A stretch of DNA of 64,000 bases, from the NCBI GenBank assembly GCA_020635275.1, contig JACKAA010000004.1, positions 4,411 through 68,410 of the forward strand, written 5' to 3'. A model generated the notes under the pieces. The model saw only the letters and a list, made by a program, of their open reading frames with translations, did no database searches and was not told the DNA's origin. This stretch comes from Ignavibacteriales bacterium. GTDB taxonomy: Bacteria; Bacteroidota; Ignavibacteria; Ignavibacteriales; Melioribacteraceae. Positions 29,950-39,022 of this stretch are shown piece after piece (position 1 is the stretch's first letter; each line of letters opens with the position of its first letter). Both the position numbers and the translations under genes were made by a program.

Positions 29950-31344
29950 ATGAAAATAAAATTATCACGAATCGTAATGACCATTATTTTTTTCACTCTT
30001 AAAAATATTTTTTCACAAGTTGGTGATAAAGTATCTCAAGAAAAACCAAACATTATTTTTATTTTAACTGACGATCAGCGATGGGATGAAATTGGATATG
30101 CTGGAAACAAAATCATTCAAACACCGGAAATGGATAAATTAGCGAAAGATGGAAATTACTTTAACTATGCATTTGTCACCACTCCAATATGTGCTGCAAG
30201 TCGCGCAAGTATCATGACCGGACTATATGAGCGAACTCATAAATTTACTTTTGAGACACCTCCGCTAAGAAAAAAATATATTGACTTATCTTATCCAAAA
30301 TTATTAAAGGAAAATGGTTATAAGACTGGTTTTATTGGAAAGTTCGGAATGAGTTTTGAAAATAATATTGATACAATGTTATTTGATTATTATAAACGTC
30401 CCAAAGAAATAGGAACTTCAAAAAGTTATTTCAGACTTTCTAAAGATCAAACAAAACATGTTCATTTAACAAATCAAATTGGAGAATTAAGCACTGATTT
30501 CTTAGAACAATTCTCTAATAAAGAACCATTCTGTTTGTCAGTTAGTTTTCACGCCCCACATGCCGAAGATCAAGATCCGAATCAATACATATATCCACTT
30601 GAGCTTGATTCATTATATCAGAATATTACATTTCCAAATCCTTTAATGTCTGAAGATTATTATTTTCTAAGTCAACCAAAGTTTGTAAGAGAAGGACTTA
30701 ATAGAATAAGATGGCATTGGCGTTTTGATAAAGGTGAGAAGTATCAAAAAATGATTAAAGGTTATTATAGAATGATAAGTGGAATTGATAAAGTTTTGGG
30801 AAATATTCGAAATAAATTAAATGAATTAGGTATAGAAAAAAATACAATAATTATTTTTATGAGCGATAATGGATATTTTTTAGGTGAGCGTCAATTTGCA
30901 GGTAAATGGTTAATGTATGATAATAGTTTGAGAGTTCCTTTAATTATATATGATCCAAGAAATAAAGAACATAAAAACATTGAAGAGATAGCTTTGAATA
31001 TTGATATTGCTCCAACAATTCTTAGTTATGCGGGTATTTCTATCCCGACCCAAATGCAAGGAATGGATCTTAGAAATATTATTGCCGGCAGAACAAAAAC
31101 AAAAAGAACTGATTTTTTATGTGAACATTTATATAATCATCCCATGATTCCTAAAAGTGAAGGTATAAGAACTGAAAAGTTAAAATATTTTAGATATATA
31201 GATCATAAAGATTTTGAAGAATTGTACGACTTAGCAAATGATCCTAATGAAGAACATAATTTAATATTAGATGAAAAATATTCAGATAAACTAAATGAAT
31301 TAAGAAATAGGTGTAATTTTCTTATTGAAGAATACTCAAATTAG
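29950..31344 (+). CDS. Formylglycine-dependent sulfatase (C-x-A-x-R variant)
   Basis: PNIIFILTDDQRWD holds the metal ligands. The signature is CAASRASIMTGL. There are downstream sulfatase blocks (GFIGKFG, FMSDNGY, DIAPTIL). Confidence 0.85.
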   Translation: MKIKLSRIVMTIIFFTLKNIFSQVGDKVSQEKPNIIFILTDDQRWDEIGYAGNKIIQTPEMDKLAKDGNYFNYAFVTTPICAASRASIMTGLYERTHKFTFETPPLRKKYIDLSYPKLLKENGYKTGFIGKFGMSFENNIDTMLFDYYKRPKEIGTSKSYFRLSKDQTKHVHLTNQIGELSTDFLEQFSNKEPFCLSVSFHAPHAEDQDPNQYIYPLELDSLYQNITFPNPLMSEDYYFLSQPKFVREGLNRIRWHWRFDKGEKYQKMIKGYYRMISGIDKVLGNIRNKLNELGIEKNTIIIFMSDNGYFLGERQFAGKWLMYDNSLRVPLIIYDPRNKEHKNIEEIALNIDIAPTILSYAGISIPTQMQGMDLRNIIAGRTKTKRTDFLCEHLYNHPMIPKSEGIRTEKLKYFRYIDHKDFEELYDLANDPNEEHNLILDEKYSDKLNELRNRCNFLIEEYSN

Positions 31345-31400
31345 TTTGATGTTTAAAAACAAGCCAATATGATTTTTACAATAAATTTGATTTAAAGATT

Positions 31401-32600
31401 ATGATGAAAAAAAAATATTTTGTCTCTCTATCAATTGTATTTCTAACATTCCTTTTTTTTACAATTTCCTGTTCAAATATTCACAAAATTGAAAATAGCA
31501 AGTACTATGATTTAGTTGTTAGCACTGATAAAGATCGAATCATAAATGATGCTGAAAAATACTTGCACTTAGAACCTATAACAATTACTGCCTCATTTTC
31601 TGAAAGAAGTCTTGGAACTAAACATGATTTTTATTCTGAAGGTGATTACTGGTGGCCGAATCCAATTTCGCCTGATAGCCCTTATGTAAGAAGAGATGGA
31701 CTAACCAATCCAGATAACTTCAAAGATCACCGAATTGCAATGCGGAACATGAGTATTTACGTTGCAGCTTTGACTGCAGCATTTAAATTAACTGATGATG
31801 CAAAATATTCAAATAAAGCAACTGAACATCTAAAAGCCTGGTTTGTTAATCCAGAAACAAAGATGAATCCGAATATGAATTTTTCTCAAGCAATAAAAGG
31901 AATTTGTGCAGGCAGAGGAATTGGTTTGATCGATGCTATTCACTTAGTTGAACCTGCAAGATGTGTTTCAGTATTAAAAAATCTAAATGCAATTAGTAAT
32001 GAAGATTTTAATTCAATTAAAAAATGGTTTGAAGAATTTTTATATTGGATGAATAATAGTCAGTTTGGAATTGATGAACGAGAAACGCTTAATAACCATG
32101 CTACAGCTTGGATTATGCAGGCTTCAGAATATGCAAAATTGACTGAGAAAATTGAAATTCTGGAATACTGTTCAAAAACTTTTAAAGAACGAATTATTCC
32201 CACTCAAGTTGCTGCTGATGGAAGTTTTCCATTGGAATTAAAAAGAACAAAACCTTATGGTTACTCACTTTTTAACATGGATTTATTTACAACAATTTGT
32301 CAAATTTTATCAACGGAGGAAAATAATTTATGGGAATTCCAACTTGCTGATGGAAGAGGAATGAAGAAAGTGATGGAATTTATTTTTCCTTATATTGAAG
32401 ATAAATCGAAGTGGATGCTTCCAGCAGATGTAATGTATTGGGATGAATGGCCTGTTCGTCATCCATCTTTATTATTTGCCGGAATAAAATATAATAAAGC
32501 GGAATATTTAAACATCTGGAAAACCCTACTGCCTTTGCCCAAAACAGATGAAGGAATAAGAAATTTTCCGATCAGGCAACCAATTCTTTGGATTGATTAA
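31401..32600 (+). CDS. Alginate-lyase-family (PL5-like alpha/alpha toroid, Pfam Alginate_lyase-like) protein, lipoprotein signal
   Basis: The signal is FFTISCSN. DYWWPNP, RRDGLTNPD and NNHATAWIMQ resemble the alginate_lyase domain as I recall it. Substrate is unknown. Confidence 0.5.
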   Translation: MMKKKYFVSLSIVFLTFLFFTISCSNIHKIENSKYYDLVVSTDKDRIINDAEKYLHLEPITITASFSERSLGTKHDFYSEGDYWWPNPISPDSPYVRRDGLTNPDNFKDHRIAMRNMSIYVAALTAAFKLTDDAKYSNKATEHLKAWFVNPETKMNPNMNFSQAIKGICAGRGIGLIDAIHLVEPARCVSVLKNLNAISNEDFNSIKKWFEEFLYWMNNSQFGIDERETLNNHATAWIMQASEYAKLTEKIEILEYCSKTFKERIIPTQVAADGSFPLELKRTKPYGYSLFNMDLFTTICQILSTEENNLWEFQLADGRGMKKVMEFIFPYIEDKSKWMLPADVMYWDEWPVRHPSLLFAGIKYNKAEYLNIWKTLLPLPKTDEGIRNFPIRQPILWID

Positions 32601-32629
32601 ACTCAGTTAATATAAAAAGGAATAATTAT

Positions 32630-35600
32630 ATGAGACTTACAAATTTAATTTTCATCTTGATATTTATAATTCTTTCAACTGAATTATTTGCTCAAATAAA
32701 TGACAAATATTTGGAAAATATTACAAACCAAATAATTCAGAAGGATGAAACTTTTGATGGTAGATATCCTGAAGTTACCGTTGATGGAATATATAGTTAC
32801 AGAGAGAAAGTAAATTGGTTTTCAGGATTTCTCGGTGGTGAACTTTGGAATTTATATGATATTACAAATAATGAAGAATTGAAAAAACGCGCTTTGATTC
32901 AAGCTGATGCGCTTCTGGATTTTGCAACGATCGATTATACTCACGATATGGGATTTATATTTTTCCCAAGTGTAGTTAAAGCCTACATTGAAACTGGTGA
33001 TAAAAAATATAGAGAAGCCGGAATTACTGCCGCCAGAATGTTATTAAAGAGATTTAATAAAAATGGTAATTTCATAAAAGCTTGGGGTGCTTTAAGTGAT
33101 ACAAGTAAAGCCGGCTGGATGATTATTGATACAATGTTAAATCTTGAACTTCTCTTCTGGGCTTGGCAAGAAACTGGTGAAGTTGAGTTTTATGATGTTG
33201 CATACATGCATGCAATAACTTGTATGAAAGAACATGTTCGGGATGATTTTTCATCTTATCATGTAATTGAATTTAATCCGGAAAGCGGTGAAGTTACAAA
33301 AAGAAGAACACACCAAGGTTGGCAAGATGAAACTACTTGGGCGCGCGGTCAGGCTTGGGGCATTTACGGATTTGCAAATGCTTTCAAGTATACAAATGAT
33401 GAAAGATTTTTAAATACTTCAAAAAAGATGGCTGATTTTTTTATTCAAAAATTACCAAGTGATTTTGTCCCTTATTGGGATCTTGATCTTTCCGGTGATG
33501 ATGTGGTTAGAGATGCATCAGCCGGAGCAATTGCTTCATCGGGTTTGTACATTCTTTCAGAGCAAGTTAAGCTAAAGGAAGATTATCAAAAATATTCTTC
33601 AGCTGCTGATAAAATTGCAGAATCTCTAATTAACAATTACACTTTCTTAAATTCTAAAAGAGAAAAAGACGAAGGATTGTTGATTCATACAGTTTATAAT
33701 TATCATAAAAATTGGGGAGTTGATGAGTCGTTTCCTTGCGGTGATTATTACTTTACAGAAACATTAGAAAAGTACAACGCTGCTCAAAAAAAAAAGTTAA
33801 AAAAAACTGAAAACCTAAGAGGTCAAATTTTACTAAATGAAAATTGGTTTTATCTTGAAGATAATATTCAAAATAGAGAAGATTTAGTTAACTCAACTAA
33901 AAAATGGGAGAAAATTAATTTACCTCATTCATGGAATAAGTTTGATGCAGTTGATCCAATACCAGGTTATAGAAGAGCAACAAGCTGGTATGAAAAAGAA
34001 TTTACAATTGATGAGATTGACAATTCCAAATTATACAAACTTTATTTTGAAGGTGTTAATATTTCTTCTGAAATTTTTTTGAATAATCAAAAAGTTGGAA
34101 GTCATGTTGGCGGTTATGTTGGTTTCGATATTGATATTACTAATGAATTAAAGATTGGCAAAAATAAATTATTAGTAAAAGCTGATAACTCAATCAATTT
34201 GGATATTATCCCATCTCAAGTTTCTGATTTTTTTATTTATGGCGGAATTACAAGAGATGTTTGGCTGAAGGTTTTACCTAAAACAAATTTTAGTCATCTC
34301 AAAATTTCTTCTCCAAAAGTTTCAAATGAATCAGCTTCAACAAAAGTTGATTGTGAAATTGAATCTGACCAGGAAGTAAATTCAGAAATTAAAATTAGTA
34401 TTATTGATAAGAACCAAGGGGAAGTTCTTACTTCAAACCACAAAGTATACATAATAAAAGGGAATAATAAGCTTAACTTTGAATTAGATGAAATTAAAAA
34501 TCCGGAATTGTGGTCACCGGAAAATCCAAACTTATACAAAATTAAATTCGAGTTATTTGCTAATAATAAAAAGCTTGATGAAACAATTGAAAAATTTGGA
34601 TATCGCTGGTTTGAGTTTAAAGATAACGGTCCATTTTATCTTAATGGAAAAAGATTGGTTTTGCGTGGAACTCACAGACATGAAGATCACGCAGGATTAG
34701 CAAATGCATTAACAAATGATCAACACAGAAAAGATATTCGAATGATAAAAGAAATGGGTGCGAATTTTGTAAGGTTGGCACATTATCCTCAAGATCCGGA
34801 AGTTTACAAAACTTGTGATGAACTTGGATTATTAGTTTGGGATGAATTGCCTTGGTGTAGAGGCGGAGTGGGAGATAGTGAATGGAAAGAAAACACAAAA
34901 AGATTATTTGTTGAAATGATAAATCAAAATTATAATCATCCTTCAATAATTATTTGGTCTGTGGGAAATGAAGTTTATTGGCTACCGGAAAGAGAAAACG
35001 GCGGCAATATTGATACTCTGAAAGAATTCACAAATCAGTTGGTAAATATCGCACATGATTTGGATCCTGGTAGAGTTACATCGATTAGAAAATTTTATGA
35101 AGGTGCTGATATTGTAGATGTTTTTTCACCATCAATTTGGGCTGGCTGGTACAGTGGAGTTTACAAATCATATGAAAATGCAATTGCCGATGCACAAAAA
35201 AAATATAAGAAATTTTTTCATGCTGAATATGGAGCAAGCAGTCATATTGGAAGGCATTCCGAAAATCCAATTAACGGAGAAGGATTTGTAAATCCTGATG
35301 AATGGTCAGAAAATGAAAATCAAGTTAAGGTTCAAAATATTGCAAAAATTGGTGACTGGAGTGAAAATTATGCCGTCGATTTATTTGATTGGCATCTAAA
35401 AACTTCTGAGACAAATAAAAATTTTACCGGAAATGCTCAATGGGCTTTTAAAGATTTTGGAACTCCGCTTCGTCCTGAAAATGCAATTCCTTACATGAAT
35501 CAAAAAGGTTTAGTTGATCGGGAAGGAAATCCAAAAGATGCATATTATGTTTTCAAAAGTTACTGGAATGAATCAGATAAATTTGTCTATATCGAAAGTC

Positions 35601-36169
35601 CAACTTGGGATGAAAGAAGCGGACCGGTAAATGTACAAAAAGAAATTTGTGTTTTCAGTAATTGCAATGAAGTTGAATTATTTCTAAACACTAAATCGTT
35701 AGGAAAAAAGAAAAAAGATATCACAAAATTTCCGGCAAGTGGTTTATCATGGGAAGTTAGTTTTGTTTCCGGTAAAAACGTTATTGAAGCAATTGGTTTT
35801 GGAGGAAACGAAAAAATTGCAGAACATAAAATTGATGTAAATTATTCATTTGAAAAAAATCTTGCGGCTGAAAAATTTGAATTATCTTCTGAGAGATTAT
35901 CAAATGGTAATTTTTTGGTTACAGCAATTGCTGTGGATAAAGATAATAATCGCTGTGTAGACTTTAATGAAAAAATATATTTCTCATCCGAAGGTTCCGG
36001 AAATTTGATTTGCAACTTTGGAACTCCAACTAAAAGTTCAATAATCGAAATGGCAAATGGCAAAGCACAAATAGAAGTTAATACTAAACCATTCGAAAAA
36101 ACTACTGTTGAAATTAGAAGTCAAGATCTAAAAGGGAATTTTTTAGTTATAAATGGAATTATAGAATAA
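32630..36169 (+). CDS. Fusion protein: N-terminal GH88-type unsaturated glucuronyl hydrolase plus C-terminal GH2 glycosidase
   Basis: Residues 1-390 carry RTHQGWQDETTWARGQAWGIYGF and YWDLD (GH88). A Lys-rich linker, AAQKKKLKKTEN, follows. Residues ~400-1179 carry GANFVRLAHYPQD, NHPSIIIWSVGNE (acid/base Glu) and FHAEYGA (nucleophile Glu) plus Ig-like tail domains (GH2). Confidence 0.8.
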   Translation: MRLTNLIFILIFIILSTELFAQINDKYLENITNQIIQKDETFDGRYPEVTVDGIYSYREKVNWFSGFLGGELWNLYDITNNEELKKRALIQADALLDFATIDYTHDMGFIFFPSVVKAYIETGDKKYREAGITAARMLLKRFNKNGNFIKAWGALSDTSKAGWMIIDTMLNLELLFWAWQETGEVEFYDVAYMHAITCMKEHVRDDFSSYHVIEFNPESGEVTKRRTHQGWQDETTWARGQAWGIYGFANAFKYTNDERFLNTSKKMADFFIQKLPSDFVPYWDLDLSGDDVVRDASAGAIASSGLYILSEQVKLKEDYQKYSSAADKIAESLINNYTFLNSKREKDEGLLIHTVYNYHKNWGVDESFPCGDYYFTETLEKYNAAQKKKLKKTENLRGQILLNENWFYLEDNIQNREDLVNSTKKWEKINLPHSWNKFDAVDPIPGYRRATSWYEKEFTIDEIDNSKLYKLYFEGVNISSEIFLNNQKVGSHVGGYVGFDIDITNELKIGKNKLLVKADNSINLDIIPSQVSDFFIYGGITRDVWLKVLPKTNFSHLKISSPKVSNESASTKVDCEIESDQEVNSEIKISIIDKNQGEVLTSNHKVYIIKGNNKLNFELDEIKNPELWSPENPNLYKIKFELFANNKKLDETIEKFGYRWFEFKDNGPFYLNGKRLVLRGTHRHEDHAGLANALTNDQHRKDIRMIKEMGANFVRLAHYPQDPEVYKTCDELGLLVWDELPWCRGGVGDSEWKENTKRLFVEMINQNYNHPSIIIWSVGNEVYWLPERENGGNIDTLKEFTNQLVNIAHDLDPGRVTSIRKFYEGADIVDVFSPSIWAGWYSGVYKSYENAIADAQKKYKKFFHAEYGASSHIGRHSENPINGEGFVNPDEWSENENQVKVQNIAKIGDWSENYAVDLFDWHLKTSETNKNFTGNAQWAFKDFGTPLRPENAIPYMNQKGLVDREGNPKDAYYVFKSYWNESDKFVYIESPTWDERSGPVNVQKEICVFSNCNEVELFLNTKSLGKKKKDITKFPASGLSWEVSFVSGKNVIEAIGFGGNEKIAEHKIDVNYSFEKNLAAEKFELSSERLSNGNFLVTAIAVDKDNNRCVDFNEKIYFSSEGSGNLICNFGTPTKSSIIEMANGKAQIEVNTKPFEKTTVEIRSQDLKGNFLVINGIIE

Positions 36170-36370
36170 CTTATAAATTGCAAACACTGAAAGTCATTTT
36201 AATTAACATTTTTTTTCATTTGTTCCTTAGGTTTTTAGTAAAACGTCACTTTTGAAATGAATTCTTTCATACGCTTCCTATTATTTATTATATTAATTAA
36301 TAAAAGTAGTTTAGTATCCTTAAATAATTATTTGATTTATTAAATTTATTTCCTAATTTTAAGTAATCAA

Positions 36371-36402
36371 TAAAGTTAGCGATTAAGTTACTGTTAAAGT
36401 TA
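36371..36402 (+). promoter_or_regulatory. Conserved box C: AGTTA x3 at 12-bp phasing (TAAAGTTAGCGATTAAGTTACTGTTAAAGTTA), with a fourth in-phase AGTAA at 36362
   Basis: AGT(T/A)A starts at 36362, 36374, 36386 and 36398. The box lies 141 nt upstream of the LacI-family gene start and aligns with boxes A and B. Confidence 0.55.
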
Positions 36403-36542
36403 ATTTACTTTACTAAAGAAATTCGCGTTCTAAATTTTCATTCCAGATGAATTTATAAAGCAAATATTGAGTTTAACATGTTTAATTCATAATTGTATTT
36501 GAATAACTTGAAAAAATTAATCAAAAACATATAGTTAAAATT

Positions 36543-37574
36543 ATGGTAAATAAATCCGTTAGACTGAGTGATATTGCCGAGAGACTCAACGTTTCAACGG
36601 TTACAGTTTCAAAAGCGCTAAGAAACCATCCGGATATTTCTCCGCAAACAAAAAAAATAATTTCAGATGTTGCTGCAGAAATGGGGTACACTCCAAATTT
36701 TATGGCAAGAAATTTATCTTCCAGAAAATCAAATACAATAGGAATTGTTGTTCCTAAAATTGCACACTTCTTTTTTGGATCAATTATTGAATCAATTTAT
36801 AATATTGCCTTCAAAAATAATTATGAAATAATTTTAACTGTTTCTCAAGAAGATGCCGAAATAGAAAGAAAACATATTCAGACTTTACTTTCAATGCGTG
36901 TAGATGGAATTATTATTTCAATTACTCAAGAAACAAAAGATTATTCAATATTTGAAACGGTAAAATCGCGTGGTGTTCCAATCGTTTTTATGGATAGAAT
37001 TCCTCAAATTCCAAATATTGATACAGTATTTGTTGATGATAGAGGTGGAGCTTTCAAAGCAGTAGAACATGCAATAAAATTAGGCTATAAAAAAATTGCA
37101 CATTTTGCTGGATATACAGAAATAAATATTGGACAGTTGAGATATTTAGGCTTTGAAGATGCTATGAAAAAATATAACCTTCCTGTTAATAAAGATTGGG
37201 TTTGCAGAGGTGGATTCGGTGAGAAATATGGATATGAATCTTTCATGAAACTTTATAGAGAAAATAATTTGCCCGATTTAATTTTCACAGTTACATACCC
37301 GGTTGCGTTAGGTATTTATATGGCCGCGAGTGAATTAAATCTGAAAATTCCAAATGATATTGATGTAATATGTTTTGGTGATGCTAAAGTTCAGAAATTT
37401 TTATCACCGCCTTTAAGTTGTATTACTCAACCAACAAATTTAATTGCTGAAAAATCAATGGAAATCTTGTTAGAGAAAATAAATAAGACTGAAGAAATAA
37501 CTTACAAAAGTATTGAAATTCCGACTGAACTTATGCTGAGAGGAACATGTATAAACTTCAATAAAAAGAAATAG
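36543..37574 (+). CDS. LacI-family transcriptional regulator
   Basis: The N-terminal HTH is VRLSDIAERLNVSTVTVSKALRN. A periplasmic-binding-protein-like sugar-binding core follows (IGIVVPKI..., DGIII, IAHFAG). Confidence 0.9.
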   Translation: MVNKSVRLSDIAERLNVSTVTVSKALRNHPDISPQTKKIISDVAAEMGYTPNFMARNLSSRKSNTIGIVVPKIAHFFFGSIIESIYNIAFKNNYEIILTVSQEDAEIERKHIQTLLSMRVDGIIISITQETKDYSIFETVKSRGVPIVFMDRIPQIPNIDTVFVDDRGGAFKAVEHAIKLGYKKIAHFAGYTEINIGQLRYLGFEDAMKKYNLPVNKDWVCRGGFGEKYGYESFMKLYRENNLPDLIFTVTYPVALGIYMAASELNLKIPNDIDVICFGDAKVQKFLSPPLSCITQPTNLIAEKSMEILLEKINKTEEITYKSIEIPTELMLRGTCINFNKKK

Positions 37575-37598
37575 ATTTAAGAAAAATTCAGAACACAA

Positions 37599-39008
37599 AT
37601 GAAAAATTTTAATTTAAAAATATTCTTTACTTTTTTGATTGTCCTTATTTTTCAGAGCTGCACTAATCATAGTGAGTTCGATCAGAATTGGAAACAAATT
37701 GACAATATTTTAGATACTATTGTTGAACCTTCCTTTAACAATGTTGAACTCAATATTATTGATTTTGGAGCAAAAGCCGATTCAACATTTGACAGCAATG
37801 AAGCAATTCAAAATGCAATTGATGAGTGTTCTAAAAATGGCGGTGGAAAAGTTATAATTCCAGAAGGTAATTATTTTTCAGCCGGATCAATATTCCTGAA
37901 AAGTAATGTTAATCTTCATTTACAAAATGCAAATATTAATTTTAGTACAAATTCACAAGATTATCTCCCGGTAGTTTTTACTCGTTGGGAAGGAATTGAA
38001 CTTTACAATTATTCCGCTCTCATTTATGCAAAAGATCAAGAAAATATTGCTATTACCGGAAAAGGAATCTTGAATGGAAATGCAACTAATGAAAAATGGT
38101 GGCCATGGAAAGGAAGAACGGAATATGGTTTTATTGATGGAATGCCTAGTCAATTAGATAGTTTATCAAGACCAAGATTATTAAGAATGAATATTAGTCA
38201 AGCTCCGGTTGAAGAAAGAATTTTTGGCAATGGATATTATTTAAGACCAAACTTTTTCCAAACAATAAATTGCAAAAATATTTTAATTGATGGAATTACA
38301 TTTAAAGATTCTCCGATGTGGTTTTTGCATCCAGTACTATCAGAAAATATAATTGTAAGGAATGTTAAAGTTGAAGGTCATGGACCAAACAATGACGGTC
38401 TTGATCCTGAATCATGTAAAAATGTTTTAATAGAAAATTGTGAATTTAATACTGGTGATGATTGCATTGCAATTAAGTCGGGTAGAAATGCTGATGGAAG
38501 AAGAATCAATGTTCCTTCTGAAAATATAATTGTTAGAAATTGCAAAATGCTTGATGGGCATGGCGGAGTTGTAATTGGAAGTGAAATTTCGGGCGGATGT
38601 AAAAATGTATTTGTAGAAAATTGTGAAATGGATAGTCCAAATTTAGATAGAGCAATTCGTATTAAAACAAATACTATTCGCGGCGGAGTAGTAGAAAATA
38701 TTTTTGTCAGAAATATCAAAATCGGTGAAGTAAAAGAAGCTGTACTAAGAGTTAATTTGCTTTATGAGCCAAAAGAAATTGGTGAGAGAAATTTTATTCC
38801 AAAAGTTAAAAATATTTATTTAAGTGAAATTAAAAGTAATAAAAGCGAAAGAGCATTTTATTTGGAAGGATTAGAAAATTCTACTATTGATAATATTTCG
38901 ATTTCAAACTCAGCACTTAATGGTGTTGGAAAAGAAAATATTATGAACAATGTAAAAAATTTCTCTGCTGAAAATGTTTATGTAAATAATGAATTATATA
39001 AAAATTAA
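37599..39008 (+). CDS. GH28 polygalacturonase / exo-poly-alpha-galacturonosidase (lipoprotein signal)
   Basis: All four GH28 signature blocks are present: NNDGLDPES, GDDCIAIKSG, GHGGVVIGSE and RAIRIKT. The signal is LIFQSC. Confidence 0.85.
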   Translation: MKNFNLKIFFTFLIVLIFQSCTNHSEFDQNWKQIDNILDTIVEPSFNNVELNIIDFGAKADSTFDSNEAIQNAIDECSKNGGGKVIIPEGNYFSAGSIFLKSNVNLHLQNANINFSTNSQDYLPVVFTRWEGIELYNYSALIYAKDQENIAITGKGILNGNATNEKWWPWKGRTEYGFIDGMPSQLDSLSRPRLLRMNISQAPVEERIFGNGYYLRPNFFQTINCKNILIDGITFKDSPMWFLHPVLSENIIVRNVKVEGHGPNNDGLDPESCKNVLIENCEFNTGDDCIAIKSGRNADGRRINVPSENIIVRNCKMLDGHGGVVIGSEISGGCKNVFVENCEMDSPNLDRAIRIKTNTIRGGVVENIFVRNIKIGEVKEAVLRVNLLYEPKEIGERNFIPKVKNIYLSEIKSNKSERAFYLEGLENSTIDNISISNSALNGVGKENIMNNVKNFSAENVYVNNELYKN

Positions 39009-39022
39009 ATGGTGATAATGAA

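Noticed and set aside
33786-33806. The GH88-GH2 fusion as an assembly artefact merging two adjacent genes at the A10/A8 tracts.
   Set aside because: The GH2 portion has no in-frame ATG/GTG/TTG with an RBS near the junction, and no Met for more than 100 codons. It also has no signal peptide of its own. It could therefore not be expressed or exported as a separate gene. It is kept as a real fusion, but read-level verification is recommended.
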